Sequence record: SRR20825019_97
Direction: 5' to 3' (one strand)
DNA length: 31,178 bases
Shown: piece after piece, positions 8,609-18,476 of the stretch
Numbering within the stretch: position 1 is the first letter of the stretch
Layout of the letters: each line of letters begins with the position of its first letter
Position numbers and translations under genes: made by a program
The notes under the pieces: model-generated
What the model was told of the DNA's origin: nothing
Databases searched by the model: none
What the model saw: only the letters and a program-made list of their open reading frames with translations

Positions 8609-9712
8609 TCAGAACGTGATCACAGCACCCAGCGCCAGGGTGTCGAACTCTGCTGCATCCGCGCCGGTGGACTTCGTGGTCTGCTCAAACATGTTGTATT
8701 CGGCAACCAGCTTGAAGTTGCTGTTTACATCATGGAAGACCGCGACCGAGGTGTTCTCTGTTTCAAAATCCCCCTGGTCAGAGTCCGTTTCACCGTAGGA
8801 CAGCACCAGCCGATTGGCGCCAAGGGTATAGGAGCCCTGAAGCAAATAGCCGTCGGCGTCCTCTTCGGAAGCCAGGGCCGCATCTGTCAGCAATACAGGC
8901 ACGTCTCCCTCAGAAGTGAAGCCGGAGGCCGTCAGCGACAGCCCTGCAACCGACGCCTTAAGGCCGTAACCAAGGCCCTGGCTGTCCACTTCCGTGGTTG
9001 CGTTCTCGGAACTCTGATGGCGACCATTAACCCAGCCTGTCAACGCCAGGCCGTTCAGGTCCGCACTGTAGGTAACCTCTGCTTCGAAACGCGGCGCGGA
9101 CTGTTCTGACTCCGCACCCGGAGTGGTATTGGCAGGCTCAAAAATACCAGCAGCCACCTTCAAGCCGCCCATATCCGGGGTCCGATAGGTAATCTGTGCC
9201 GATGGATTAGGGTAAGGGTACCCAGTGCGGATATTGCCAAAAGAAACGCCGGTTGCCGCACCCGGAGAACCGAAGCCCATCAGGATTTCGTCCAGGAAGA
9301 TGTTAGAGCGGGCGTAAAGACCAAAGTCCTTACCAATCAGCACCTGACCGAAAGAACCGTCTACCGTGGCGTACAGCTGACGCACATCGATAGCGGTATC
9401 CGTCGGTGACTGCAGGCTGTCGTTGATGGTGGACCAGAACGAAGACCGGCCACCCAGAGTCAGGTCGCCCATTTCCTTACTGAAGTTGAAACCGATCGTA
9501 TTGGGCAGGAACCCCATTTTCACGTCGGAATTGCGAGTGTCGTTCAGCTTGTCGTCACGGTTAACGTAGAAGGCGTTGAAATAGCCGTCCACGGAAAAGC
9601 TGGTTCCGTCTTCGTTGTACACTTCGATTGCCGCGTTTGCGCCGGCACTGACCGACATCGCACCGGCCATCGCGATGGCCAGCCCTGACTTTCGGAAATT
9701 GTTGTTGTTCAT
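8609..9712 (-). CDS. Outer-membrane porin (Gram-negative general porin family)
   Basis: Signal peptide ending ANA-A, 'IEVYNEDGTS' N-terminus typical of porins, RQLYATVDGSFGQVLIGK, amphipathic beta pattern, C-terminal Phe; GGGGAG RBS. Confidence 0.9.
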   Translation of the reverse strand: MNNNNFRKSGLAIAMAGAMSVSAGANAAIEVYNEDGTSFSVDGYFNAFYVNRDDKLNDTRNSDVKMGFLPNTIGFNFSKEMGDLTLGGRSSFWSTINDSLQSPTDTAIDVRQLYATVDGSFGQVLIGKDFGLYARSNIFLDEILMGFGSPGAATGVSFGNIRTGYPYPNPSAQITYRTPDMGGLKVAAGIFEPANTTPGAESEQSAPRFEAEVTYSADLNGLALTGWVNGRHQSSENATTEVDSQGLGYGLKASVAGLSLTASGFTSEGDVPVLLTDAALASEEDADGYLLQGSYTLGANRLVLSYGETDSDQGDFETENTSVAVFHDVNSNFKLVAEYNMFEQTTKSTGADAAEFDTLALGAVITF

Positions 9713-9894
9713 AAACTCCCCCGGTTTTTATTGAATCTGGGTGTTGAGCAGCGGGTGGTTACCCGTGTCTCAGGCGCATTCTTTCGCCTGAATTCAATGG
9801 TCGGCGAAGCAGCGGGGGTGGAAAATGCGCCAAGGGGGCAGGTTTTCTGATCTTTTAGGAGGCTATGAAAACAGAACTTTGGGACTACTACCCG

Positions 9895-11289
9895 TCAGAG
9901 GGGAAAGCATTCCAACTCTTGCAGGCAGTCATCCAGGAAGCACTCGGGATCGGCCATGACCGCCTCATCGGCCACCACACCGAACTGGACCTGGCCGGCG
10001 TAACTGACAATGCTGACGCCGAGCCCGATATCCCCGGCCTGGGGTACCCAGAACATCTGCTCCAGAATGCGGCAACCGGCCAGATACCGTTCATCACGGG
10101 TACCAGGCACGTTCGACACCACCGCACTGGCCTTGCGGTAGAACATATCCGCCACAGGTTGACGCCAGGCTTCGGGAATCAGCGGTGCGCTGCCTGTCAG
10201 CGCCCAGGACAGGCCGGGCTGCCAACTTTTCTTGAGCTTGCGGGTTTCATGCTTGATGCGGAACAGCCGCTCCAGGGAACTTTCACCGTCCACCGGCAAC
10301 GGCACGAACACCGTCCCGAAATAGTTACCCAGAGTCCCGGGCTCCGGCTTTACCCCTTCCGGCAGGCGGTTGCGGATATCCACTGGCACCGCCGCGTGAA
10401 GCACTGCCTCATCCATATCGGTATCATCCGCGACAAGCCGATTGCGGACTGCAGACGCCACGCAACTGAGTAACACATCGTTGATGGTAACGCTGGTAAG
10501 CGTGGCAATCCGGCGAAAACGTTCAAGCGCCACGGGCTGCGACCAGCGGCACTGGCGACGTCCCAATAGCGACCGCTTAAGGGAGGAGTCCGTATCTTCC
10601 GGCTCTACCAGGAACTGGCTGAGCTCATTGACCAGCTTGACACTTTTCCAGGTCGCCCGCTCCAGGGCATTGCGACCGGCGGTGCCACCGTTGCGGGGAA
10701 TATCGTCCTCCGGACCCGCCTCTTCCCGCGGCCACTCGCTGGCCGTCAGCTCACGCAGCCAGGCATTGGCGGCTCTTCCCCAACGCCCCATGTCCGCCTG
10801 TTCCGCCGCGCCGTAAAGCACCGGCGCCTGTTGCGGCGACGGCGGGCACAACCGGTCAAATATGCCCTGCAGGGAGAGCCCGTCGGCGTAGCAGTGGTGC
10901 ATGCGCAAAAGGAGTACGGCGCCGCCCTCGGCATCGGGAAGCAACCAGAATTTCCAGAGCGGACGGTACGTGGGCAATGGCTGGTTCAACCGGGCTGACA
11001 CCCAGTCCTGCAAGGCCTGCCGGTCCAGCTCGCCGCCGACCACCTGCAGGTGGTGATGGAGCGAAAATACCGGGTCCTCTTCCCACCACCAGCCAGGGGC
11101 GCGGCGAACCGGCATATAGCGAAAACGCTCCCAGGCAAGCCAGTAAATACGCAGGAATTCCAGCAACCGGGCTTCCGTGAGCCCTTCCACCCGCAACATA
11201 ACGGTAATCGTCATGGGGTTTTCGGGCCGCTCAAGAGCCAGCCAGGCCGAGTCCACAGGCAACAGCAGATGCGATTCCTTTTGACTCAA
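9895..11289 (-). CDS. Wax ester synthase / diacylglycerol acyltransferase (WS/DGAT)
   Basis: L.PVDSAWL..E...NPM N-terminus, catalytic HHCYADG (HHxxxDG), TINDVLL, GNYFG, VVSNVPG, SIVSYAG; TTG start. Confidence 0.93.
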   Translation of the reverse strand: MSQKESHLLLPVDSAWLALERPENPMTITVMLRVEGLTEARLLEFLRIYWLAWERFRYMPVRRAPGWWWEEDPVFSLHHHLQVVGGELDRQALQDWVSARLNQPLPTYRPLWKFWLLPDAEGGAVLLLRMHHCYADGLSLQGIFDRLCPPSPQQAPVLYGAAEQADMGRWGRAANAWLRELTASEWPREEAGPEDDIPRNGGTAGRNALERATWKSVKLVNELSQFLVEPEDTDSSLKRSLLGRRQCRWSQPVALERFRRIATLTSVTINDVLLSCVASAVRNRLVADDTDMDEAVLHAAVPVDIRNRLPEGVKPEPGTLGNYFGTVFVPLPVDGESSLERLFRIKHETRKLKKSWQPGLSWALTGSAPLIPEAWRQPVADMFYRKASAVVSNVPGTRDERYLAGCRILEQMFWVPQAGDIGLGVSIVSYAGQVQFGVVADEAVMADPECFLDDCLQELECFPL

Positions 11290-11632
11290 ACCTGTCTGTC
11301 CCCGGATAAATGCTGCAAGAAATGGAAAGTTGACCCCGCATTGTGCCAGACAAGCCCTGAAGGCTCCATAAGGCTGTCGGCGTCACGTAGTTACAAAAAG
11401 TTACACGGAAGTAACCTTTCACCCCTATACTGGGAATAAGGCTTGATGAAATGGTTATTAGGCACTACACGTGCCTTTACGCACTGTTCGCCAAACGTCT
11501 ATTGGCCCTGACTGAGCGTAAAAACAGTAATCAGTGCCAATACCTGCGGTGGCAGAAATCGGTACAACTGAATGTACCAGCGCCCATAAAGACCAATAAA
11601 AGGCAGGCATCAGGTGCTGAAGGAGAGCAGTC

Positions 11633-12556
11633 ATGAAAGCGAGCCATGTACGAAAACTGATAAAACCGATCGATAGCGCTTACTCGGAGATGTTCTCAGG
11701 GCGAGTCTTCCGCGTCGGCACAGGCGCCGTTTCCGTCCGCAATCACAGCGGCAAGGCCGAACAGACCGTTATTGGCGTCCACGGTTTTCTGGAAAATCAC
11801 TGCTACTTCACCCAGGCCTACGAAGCACCAACCACCGAACTGATCCTGCTGACCTGCAGCAACTATCACATTCCCGTAAACGGCGTAACGCCCGAAGCAC
11901 CGGACTGGGAAGTGCCTATCAAACACCTCGACGGCACTATCGAGTACGACGCCTGTATTCTCAACCAGGCCCTGGCGAACCTGCCCAGCACCGACAACAT
12001 CCGCGTACATGGCCATTCTCGCGGCGGCGCCGTCATCCTTGAGGCCATCAATCAATGGCCGGAACTGTATGAAAACGTGGAATTGGTGCTGGAAGCACCC
12101 GTTCTGCCCCAGGGACGTCTTTCTGCCCTGGTAACGGCGGTACTGGAGCCGGTGAGCCATGGCATGTGGCCCTGGCTGATTCGCCTGATAAACAGCGCTC
12201 CCTCATCCGCCTATGGTCAAACCTTCTTCGGCAAAATGAACCCACGCAAGAAGCAGCTGCTGGGCAAACTGTTTTCCGCCACCAAGGACCACCTGACCAT
12301 TGTTCGCAACATAGAGAACCTGATGGCCTGGATGGAGAGAACAGACACCAGCGTGTATAGCAAGGTTCGTTACGGCACCTTCCTGATACCGGCTGTGGAC
12401 CGAATACTGGACCGACAGGCCATGTTGGCCAGTGCACGCCAAAGCCCGACCACCATGCGGATTGTCGAAACCGAGGCTCCCAGCCACTTTATTACACTCG
12501 ACAGCAAGGAATGGGTGCCGGGATTTGAGAGCCTGCCGGCGACGGCCCAGGGTTAG
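11633..12556 (+). CDS. Alpha/beta hydrolase (putative lipase/esterase)
   Basis: Oxyanion region VHGFLE, nucleophile elbow GHSRGG, C-terminal SHF histidine; GGAG RBS. Confidence 0.8.
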   Translation: MKASHVRKLIKPIDSAYSEMFSGRVFRVGTGAVSVRNHSGKAEQTVIGVHGFLENHCYFTQAYEAPTTELILLTCSNYHIPVNGVTPEAPDWEVPIKHLDGTIEYDACILNQALANLPSTDNIRVHGHSRGGAVILEAINQWPELYENVELVLEAPVLPQGRLSALVTAVLEPVSHGMWPWLIRLINSAPSSAYGQTFFGKMNPRKKQLLGKLFSATKDHLTIVRNIENLMAWMERTDTSVYSKVRYGTFLIPAVDRILDRQAMLASARQSPTTMRIVETEAPSHFITLDSKEWVPGFESLPATAQG

Positions 12557-12629
12557 CACAGCTGCACTCGAGCCCCGGCTCCGCTAAACTGGCGCGTTTC
12601 TGTTGCAGGTCCAGTGGAGCCACACACCC

Positions 12630-13379
12630 ATGTATCGTGAGCGCCTAGTCGCTACCCCAACCCATTCCGACAGCGCGCGACGGTTGCAGCAATTGCTGCT
12701 GGACTACCACGACTTCCGCCAGTACAAAGCCACCCACTCCCTGCTGGAACACACCTTCCGGATAGCGGACTGGCAGGCGGAGCGCCTGAAGGCCACCCAC
12801 GCGGACCTCTACCAACACCCCGGCTACCACACCGGCCTGGAATTCCTGCTGACGGACCTCTACGCCCCCGCCGGCATGACCCAACGCGACGACAACATCG
12901 ACCGCGTATTCCCGAAGATGGTGAAGTGGCTCCCGGACAACCTGCTGGACACCTTCGCCGGGCTGGTGGAGTTGAACCTGATTACCCAACGGCTGGACCT
13001 GGAGCTGGCCGAACTCTGCCATTCGAGCGGCCTTTCTCCCAGCGAACTTTCCAGCGACGCCTACTGCCAGATCTTTCGCAGCAGCCAGGAACTGGAACAA
13101 CGGGAACGGCAGATTACCCTGGTGGCTGAGGTGGGGCACCAGCTCGACCGCTATGTCCGCAACCGCACCCTTGGCTGGCTGCTTTCAATGAGCCGGGCAC
13201 CGGCCGAGATGGCGGGCCTCAGCGATCTGCACAGTTTCCTGCACCGGGGCTATTCCGCGTTCCGTAAAATGGACAATGTAGACCTGCTGATTGACCGGCT
13301 TGTGACGCGAGAGAAGCGGGTCATGAAGAACATCCTGGACGGCCACCCGAAACCGTTTGAGCTACCGAGTGACCTTTAA
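12630..13379 (+). CDS. Conserved hypothetical protein, FFLEELY-motif-like
   Basis: WQAERLKATHADL...FLLTDLY...RD and LHSFLHRGYSAFRKM match the pattern recalled for this family. Confidence 0.7.
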   Translation: MYRERLVATPTHSDSARRLQQLLLDYHDFRQYKATHSLLEHTFRIADWQAERLKATHADLYQHPGYHTGLEFLLTDLYAPAGMTQRDDNIDRVFPKMVKWLPDNLLDTFAGLVELNLITQRLDLELAELCHSSGLSPSELSSDAYCQIFRSSQELEQRERQITLVAEVGHQLDRYVRNRTLGWLLSMSRAPAEMAGLSDLHSFLHRGYSAFRKMDNVDLLIDRLVTREKRVMKNILDGHPKPFELPSDL

Positions 13380-13394
13380 CGAAATAGGGGGAAC

Positions 13395-13673
13395 TCAGGC
13401 CTTCAGAATCTGATCAAGCTGGGAGTGGATTTCCTGCTCAATACGCGATTTGAACGGCCGCAGCATCATGCCCAGCTCCAGGTGAACATGGAGATTGCTA
13501 TCGGTGATTTCCAACTGGCCTTTCACGCCGCTGCGTTTGAACTTGAGATGATCCCCTTCCCACTGATAGTTCACATCAAACTGCTTTGACAGATCCTCAG
13601 CCAGGGTTTCCGCCGCCTGGCGGGCGTGCTCTTTGTCGAGGGAATGAGTGCGGCGTACATCAATTGTTGACAT
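13395..13673 (-). CDS. Polyhydroxyalkanoic acid system protein (PHA_gran_rgn family), 92 aa
   Basis: C-terminal part of track ORF 13395..14201: MSTIDVRRTHSL...WEGDHLKFKRSGVKG...LGMMLRPF; GGAG RBS before ATG 13673; divergent from ubiE as in Pseudomonas. Confidence 0.85.
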   Translation of the reverse strand: MSTIDVRRTHSLDKEHARQAAETLAEDLSKQFDVNYQWEGDHLKFKRSGVKGQLEITDSNLHVHLELGMMLRPFKSRIEQEIHSQLDQILKA

Positions 13674-13787
13674 GAAACGGATATCTCCAGGATTTCGGGT
13701 GCTATTTATAGTGTAAGGCGGCATTAAACTTGTAGCCACCCCCGCAAGCGTTAGAATACGGGGTTCAGATTCTGACAGGACATGCCC

Positions 13788-14579
13788 ATGAGCGAGCAAC
13801 AACCGTCTACCGACCAGCCGCAGGCGGAAACACCGAAAGACGACGTTACCCATTTTGGCTTTCGCAACGTGCCGAAAAGCCAGAAAGCGGGTCAGGTCGC
13901 TGACGTGTTCCATTCCGTGGCCGGCAAGTACGACCTGATGAACGACCTCATGTCCATGGGAATCCACCGCCTCTGGAAGCGTTTTACCATTGAGCTTTCC
14001 GGCGTCCGCAAGGGGCACCAGGTGTTGGATATTGCCGGGGGTACCGGCGACCTGACCATGAAGTTCTCGGACCTGGTCGGCCCAACCGGCAAGGTTGTGC
14101 TGGCCGACATCAATGCGTCCATGCTTCAGGTTGGCCGGGGCCGGCTGATGGACCGAGGCTACGCCGGCAACATCGAATACGTGCAGGCGGATGCCGAACA
14201 CCTCCCCTTCCCGGACAACAGCTTCAACGCTGTGAGCATTGCCTTTGGCCTGCGCAACGTTACCGACAAGGACCAGGCCCTGCGGGACATGACCCGGGTG
14301 CTGAAACCTGGTGGCAAGGTAATGGTACTGGAGTTTTCCAAACCCAAGAATCCGCTGCTCAGCAAAGCCTATGACGTGTATTCATTCAACGCGCTGCCGT
14401 TGATGGGCCAGTTGATTGCCGGCGATTCCAACAGCTATCAATACCTGGCCGAGTCCATCCGCATGCATCCGGACCAGGATACGCTCAAGGCGATGATGGA
14501 AGAGGCCGGCCTGGTGAATTGCAAGTACTACAACATGACCGGTGGCGTGGTCGCCCTGCATGTGGGAATCAAGCCCTGA
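13788..14579 (+). CDS. ubiE: Ubiquinone/menaquinone C-methyltransferase UbiE
   Basis: [51 protein letters not shown]. Start 13782 or 13788. Confidence 0.97.
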   Translation: MSEQQPSTDQPQAETPKDDVTHFGFRNVPKSQKAGQVADVFHSVAGKYDLMNDLMSMGIHRLWKRFTIELSGVRKGHQVLDIAGGTGDLTMKFSDLVGPTGKVVLADINASMLQVGRGRLMDRGYAGNIEYVQADAEHLPFPDNSFNAVSIAFGLRNVTDKDQALRDMTRVLKPGGKVMVLEFSKPKNPLLSKAYDVYSFNALPLMGQLIAGDSNSYQYLAESIRMHPDQDTLKAMMEEAGLVNCKYYNMTGGVVALHVGIKP

Positions 14580-15217
14580 TGTTTCCCGGCCCAACCCTGC
14601 TGTCTGCCGCCACCTCTATCATTGAGAGCGCGCTCAACCGAGCGCTGGCGCTGGACCCCGCTGGCAAGCAAGCGCTGATGTCAGCGCTCACGGGGCCGGT
14701 ACAGTTTTCGCTGGACGGGCTCGGCCTCACGCTGACGCTGCAACAGGCGGGAGATCGCATTCAGGTTGCCAGCCAGCCCTCGGAAGCTCCTGCTTTGATC
14801 CTGTCCGGCCGCCCCATGGCGTTCGCCGCCCTGGCTACCGGCGATGACGGAGTTTTCAGCGAAGGCCGCATTCACGTGACTGGCGATACCGCCCTGGCGC
14901 ACCAGTTCCAGCGCGCCATCGACCAACTCGACCCCGACTGGGAAGCTGCCATGGCCGGCTATATTGGTGATGTGCCGGCGCATTTTATCGGCCAGCGCGT
15001 TCGCGGGGCTGTTCGTTGGAGCCGACAGGCGTTTGCGTCCCTGAACGCCAATGTTGAAGAATATATTCATGAAGAAAGCCGAAGCCTGCCCGGGCGCCGG
15101 GAGCTGGAAGCCACGTTTACCGATATCGACCGGCTGAACCTGCAGACCGAACGCTTGGAAGCCAGGGTCACGCGGCTGGAGCATCCCAGACAACAAGACC
15201 AAACGGAGACGCCGTGA
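14579..15217 (+). CDS. ubiJ: Ubiquinone biosynthesis accessory factor UbiJ (SCP2 domain)
   Basis: [30 protein letters not shown]-terminal coiled coil; ATG overlaps the ubiE TGA; lies between ubiE and ubiB. Confidence 0.92.
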   Translation: MFPGPTLLSAATSIIESALNRALALDPAGKQALMSALTGPVQFSLDGLGLTLTLQQAGDRIQVASQPSEAPALILSGRPMAFAALATGDDGVFSEGRIHVTGDTALAHQFQRAIDQLDPDWEAAMAGYIGDVPAHFIGQRVRGAVRWSRQAFASLNANVEEYIHEESRSLPGRRELEATFTDIDRLNLQTERLEARVTRLEHPRQQDQTETP

Positions 15218-16863
15218 CGCGCCTGCAACGCCTGTTCCGCATTGCCTGGGTCTTCTGCCGCTACCGGCTGGACACCTTTCTACCGCTGGCGGAACTGCCT
15301 GTCCCCCTGAAAGTGTTTTTCCTGTTGGCCCCCTGGCACCTGTTTCCGAAACCCAAGCTGGACCGGGGGGACCGCCTACGCCTCGCGTTTGAAGAGCTGG
15401 GGCCGGTATTCGTCAAATTCGGCCAGATCCTGTCGACGCGACGGGACTTGCTACCCGACGACATGGCGCTTTCCCTCAAAAACCTGCAGGACCGGGTACC
15501 GCCTTTTCCCGGCGACGTCGCCCAGGGCATTATCGAAAAATCCCTCGGTGCGCCGGTGTCGGAACTGTTTGCGGAGTTTTCCCGCGAGCCCATGGCCTCT
15601 GCCTCCGTCGCCCAGGTGCATGCCGCCACGCTTCTCGACGGCCGGGAAGTCGTGGTCAAGGTCATCCGCCCCGACATTGAACGGGTCATCCGCCAGGACC
15701 TGGCATTGATGTACATGATGGCCGGTCTGCTGGAACGCTACTGGTCCGAAGGCCGTCGGCTGCACCCGGTGGAAGTGGTGGCGGACTACGATTCCACCAT
15801 CCATGACGAACTCGACCAGCAACGCGAAGCCGCCAACGCCAGTCAGCTGCGCCGTAATTTCGAGAACTCATCGCTGATTTATATCCCCTCCATCGACTGG
15901 GACTACACCCGCAAGTCCGTTCTGGTCATGGAGCGCATCCACGGCATCCCCATTGCTGACGTTCCGGCGCTTCGTGAAGCCGGCGTTAATCTGAAAGTAC
16001 TGGCAGAGAAAGGGGTGGAGATCTTCTTCACCCAGGTCTTCCGGGACAGCTTCTTCCACGCCGACATGCACCCGGGCAATATTTTCGTGGATGTCAGCAA
16101 CCCCGCGGACCCGAAGTACATTGCCATCGATTTCGGCATCGTTGGTACCCTTGCACCAGATGACCAAAGCTATCTTGCCCGCAATTTGCTGGCGTTTTTC
16201 CGCCGCGATTACCGCCAGGTCGCCGAGCTGCATATACAGTCCGGCTGGGTGCCACCGGACACCCGGGTCAATGAATTCGAGGCCGCTATCCGCACTGTTT
16301 GCGAGCCGATTTTCGAGAAGCCACTGAAAGACATCTCCTTTGGCCATTTCCTGCTACGGCTGTTCCAGACGGCGCGGCGCTTCAACATGGAAGTGCAACC
16401 GCAACTGGTGCTGCTGCAGAAAACCCTGCTGAATGTGGAAGGTCTGGGGCGCCAGCTTTACCCGGATCTGGACCTGTGGAGCACCGCTCAACCCTTCCTG
16501 GAAGCCTGGATGCGCAAACGCATCGGCCCGTCCGGCCTGATCAAATCCCTGCAGTCCCATTTGCCAGCCTGGCTGGAGCAGTCGCCGGAAATGCCACAAC
16601 TGGTACACGACGCGCTGGTGCAGTTACGCAACACGGGCTCCAACGACCACCCCAGTCGCGCTACACTGGAACTTATTCGTGAAAACCGGGCCCGGGCCGA
16701 CCGGCGCTGGCGACGGGGGCTGGCCGCTGCAGCCTTGGCGGGGGTGGCCTGGCTGAGCCTCGACCACGACCTTGCCACCCTCGCGCAGACCATGCCCGTT
16801 CATGGTTGGGCTCTACTGGCCGTGGCGGCCTGGCTGGTTGTAGGCCATGAACGGAAAAACTGA
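15214..16863 (+). CDS. ubiB: Ubiquinone biosynthesis kinase-like protein UbiB
   Basis: [49 protein letters not shown]. Confidence 0.97.
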   Translation: MTRLQRLFRIAWVFCRYRLDTFLPLAELPVPLKVFFLLAPWHLFPKPKLDRGDRLRLAFEELGPVFVKFGQILSTRRDLLPDDMALSLKNLQDRVPPFPGDVAQGIIEKSLGAPVSELFAEFSREPMASASVAQVHAATLLDGREVVVKVIRPDIERVIRQDLALMYMMAGLLERYWSEGRRLHPVEVVADYDSTIHDELDQQREAANASQLRRNFENSSLIYIPSIDWDYTRKSVLVMERIHGIPIADVPALREAGVNLKVLAEKGVEIFFTQVFRDSFFHADMHPGNIFVDVSNPADPKYIAIDFGIVGTLAPDDQSYLARNLLAFFRRDYRQVAELHIQSGWVPPDTRVNEFEAAIRTVCEPIFEKPLKDISFGHFLLRLFQTARRFNMEVQPQLVLLQKTLLNVEGLGRQLYPDLDLWSTAQPFLEAWMRKRIGPSGLIKSLQSHLPAWLEQSPEMPQLVHDALVQLRNTGSNDHPSRATLELIRENRARADRRWRRGLAAAALAGVAWLSLDHDLATLAQTMPVHGWALLAVAAWLVVGHERKN

Positions 16864-16877
16864 CGGAAGTCATCTAA

Positions 16878-17315
16878 ATGCAAGATTCAAACGCTAGAGT
16901 CGGGACGCCTGACTGGTTAGAGGAAATCCGCTGGAATGCGGATGGGCTGATACCTGCCATTGCCCAGGACGCCGCTACCGGCGACATCCTGATGATGGCC
17001 TGGATGAACGCAGAGTCGCTCCGGCTGACCGCTGAAGAAGGCCAGGCCGTATATTGGTCCCGTTCCCGCGGAAAATTGTGGCGCAAAGGGGAAACCTCCG
17101 GGCACCAACAGGTGATCTCGGAAATCCGGCTGGACTGCGATGAAGACGTGATTCTTCTGAAGGTTGAGCAGAAAGGCGGTATCGCCTGCCACACCGGGCG
17201 ACGAAGCTGCTTCTATCGCAAACTGGAAGGCGGGCAATGGACGAGCGTGGATCCGGTTCTGCGGGATCCCGGCGCTATTTACGGTGACAAACAGGGAGGT
17301 AGCAACCATGAGTGA
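16878..17315 (+). CDS. hisI: Phosphoribosyl-AMP cyclohydrolase
   Basis: [42 protein letters not shown]. Confidence 0.96.
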   Translation: MQDSNARVGTPDWLEEIRWNADGLIPAIAQDAATGDILMMAWMNAESLRLTAEEGQAVYWSRSRGKLWRKGETSGHQQVISEIRLDCDEDVILLKVEQKGGIACHTGRRSCFYRKLEGGQWTSVDPVLRDPGAIYGDKQGGSNHE

Positions 17316-17637
17316 CATTCTTGAGCAATTGGCCCAGGTGCTGGAAGCCCGCAAGGAGGCCGATCCGGAAACCTCCTATGTCGCCAGCCTGCACCAGAAG
17401 GGGCTCAACAAGATCCTGGAAAAGGTAGGGGAAGAGTGCACCGAGACGTTGTTGGCCGCCAAGGACGCGGAGCACTCCGGTGAAACCCGGGACGTGGTTT
17501 ATGAAACCGCCGACCTCTGGTTTCACAGCATGGTAATGCTGTCCCGGCTTGGCCTTGGCCCCAAGGACGTCATCGACGAGCTCGCCAGCCGATTTGACCT
17601 GTCTGGCCTTGAAGAAAAAGCCTCCCGGGATCAGTGA
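17308..17637 (+). CDS. hisE: Phosphoribosyl-ATP diphosphatase
   Basis: SYVASL...KILEKVGEE...[17 protein letters not shown]; start at MSDIL. Confidence 0.96.
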   Translation: MSDILEQLAQVLEARKEADPETSYVASLHQKGLNKILEKVGEECTETLLAAKDAEHSGETRDVVYETADLWFHSMVMLSRLGLGPKDVIDELASRFDLSGLEEKASRDQ

Positions 17638-17725
17638 TCCGGGCAGCCCTGAAGAGGGTTTCCGGAAGCCCCCCGAAGTGGCGTACAATCAACCGTAACA
17701 GAAACCTTAAGACGAGGGTCCCGGC

Positions 17726-17962
17726 ATGGGCATCAGTATCTGGCAACTCCTAATCGTACTTGGCATTGTTATCCTGTTGTTCGGAACCAAAAAGCTCCGC
17801 AACATCGGCGGGGATCTCGGCGGTGCCATTCGTGGGTTCAAAAAATCCATGAACGAAGACGACAAGAAGGACGATGACCCGGACGCCATTGCAGACGATG
17901 CCGACGCGAAAGCTCATGAAGCCCGCGCCGAAGAAAAGCCACGGGACAAGTCCCACAGCTGA
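17726..17962 (+). CDS. tatA: Twin-arginine translocase subunit TatA
   Basis: [10 protein letters not shown]...[24 protein letters not shown]. Confidence 0.96.
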   Translation: MGISIWQLLIVLGIVILLFGTKKLRNIGGDLGGAIRGFKKSMNEDDKKDDDPDAIADDADAKAHEARAEEKPRDKSHS

Positions 17963-17972
17963 GACGGGCTGA

Positions 17973-18476
17973 ATGTTTGATATCGGCTTTGTCGAGCTGC
18001 TGATCTGCGGCGTCATTGCGTTACTGGTTCTCGGCCCCGAACGGCTGCCTACAGCGGCCCGGGCAGCCGGGCGCTGGATTGGTGGTGCCCGCCGCATGGT
18101 GAGCCAGTTCTCCTCGGAACTCGACCGTCAGCTCAAGGCGGAAGAGCTTCGCGAAGAACTGCGCAAAGCCGGCGACGTCGGCCTGGAAGATGTCCAGAAG
18201 TCGGTGCGCGGCGCCCTGGACGAGGCCAAGAAATACGAACACATGGTTCTGTCCGACGACGATAAGCCCAAACACCGGCCCGCACCTGCGACCCGTCGGA
18301 TTGCCGAACCCGAAGAGCCCGTAATGGACCCTGAGGAAGACCCTACCTCAGCCAACGGTTCCGGACATGCCTCTCTGGCCCCTGATGATCCGCCACGAGA
18401 GGATGACAGCACGCACGACCATTCGGCCGATGGCACCCCGAAACAACAGGAAAGCACGCCGGATAACCGTTCATGA
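17973..18476 (+). CDS. tatB: Twin-arginine translocase subunit TatB
   Basis: MFDIGFVELL...LVLGPERLP; acidic low-complexity tail. Confidence 0.96.
   Translation: MFDIGFVELLICGVIALLVLGPERLPTAARAAGRWIGGARRMVSQFSSELDRQLKAEELREELRKAGDVGLEDVQKSVRGALDEAKKYEHMVLSDDDKPKHRPAPATRRIAEPEEPVMDPEEDPTSANGSGHASLAPDDPPREDDSTHDHSADGTPKQQESTPDNRS

Noticed and set aside
13674-14201. N-terminal 176 aa of track ORF 13395..14201
   Set aside because: Antisense to ubiE; the real gene starts at 13673 with its own RBS.
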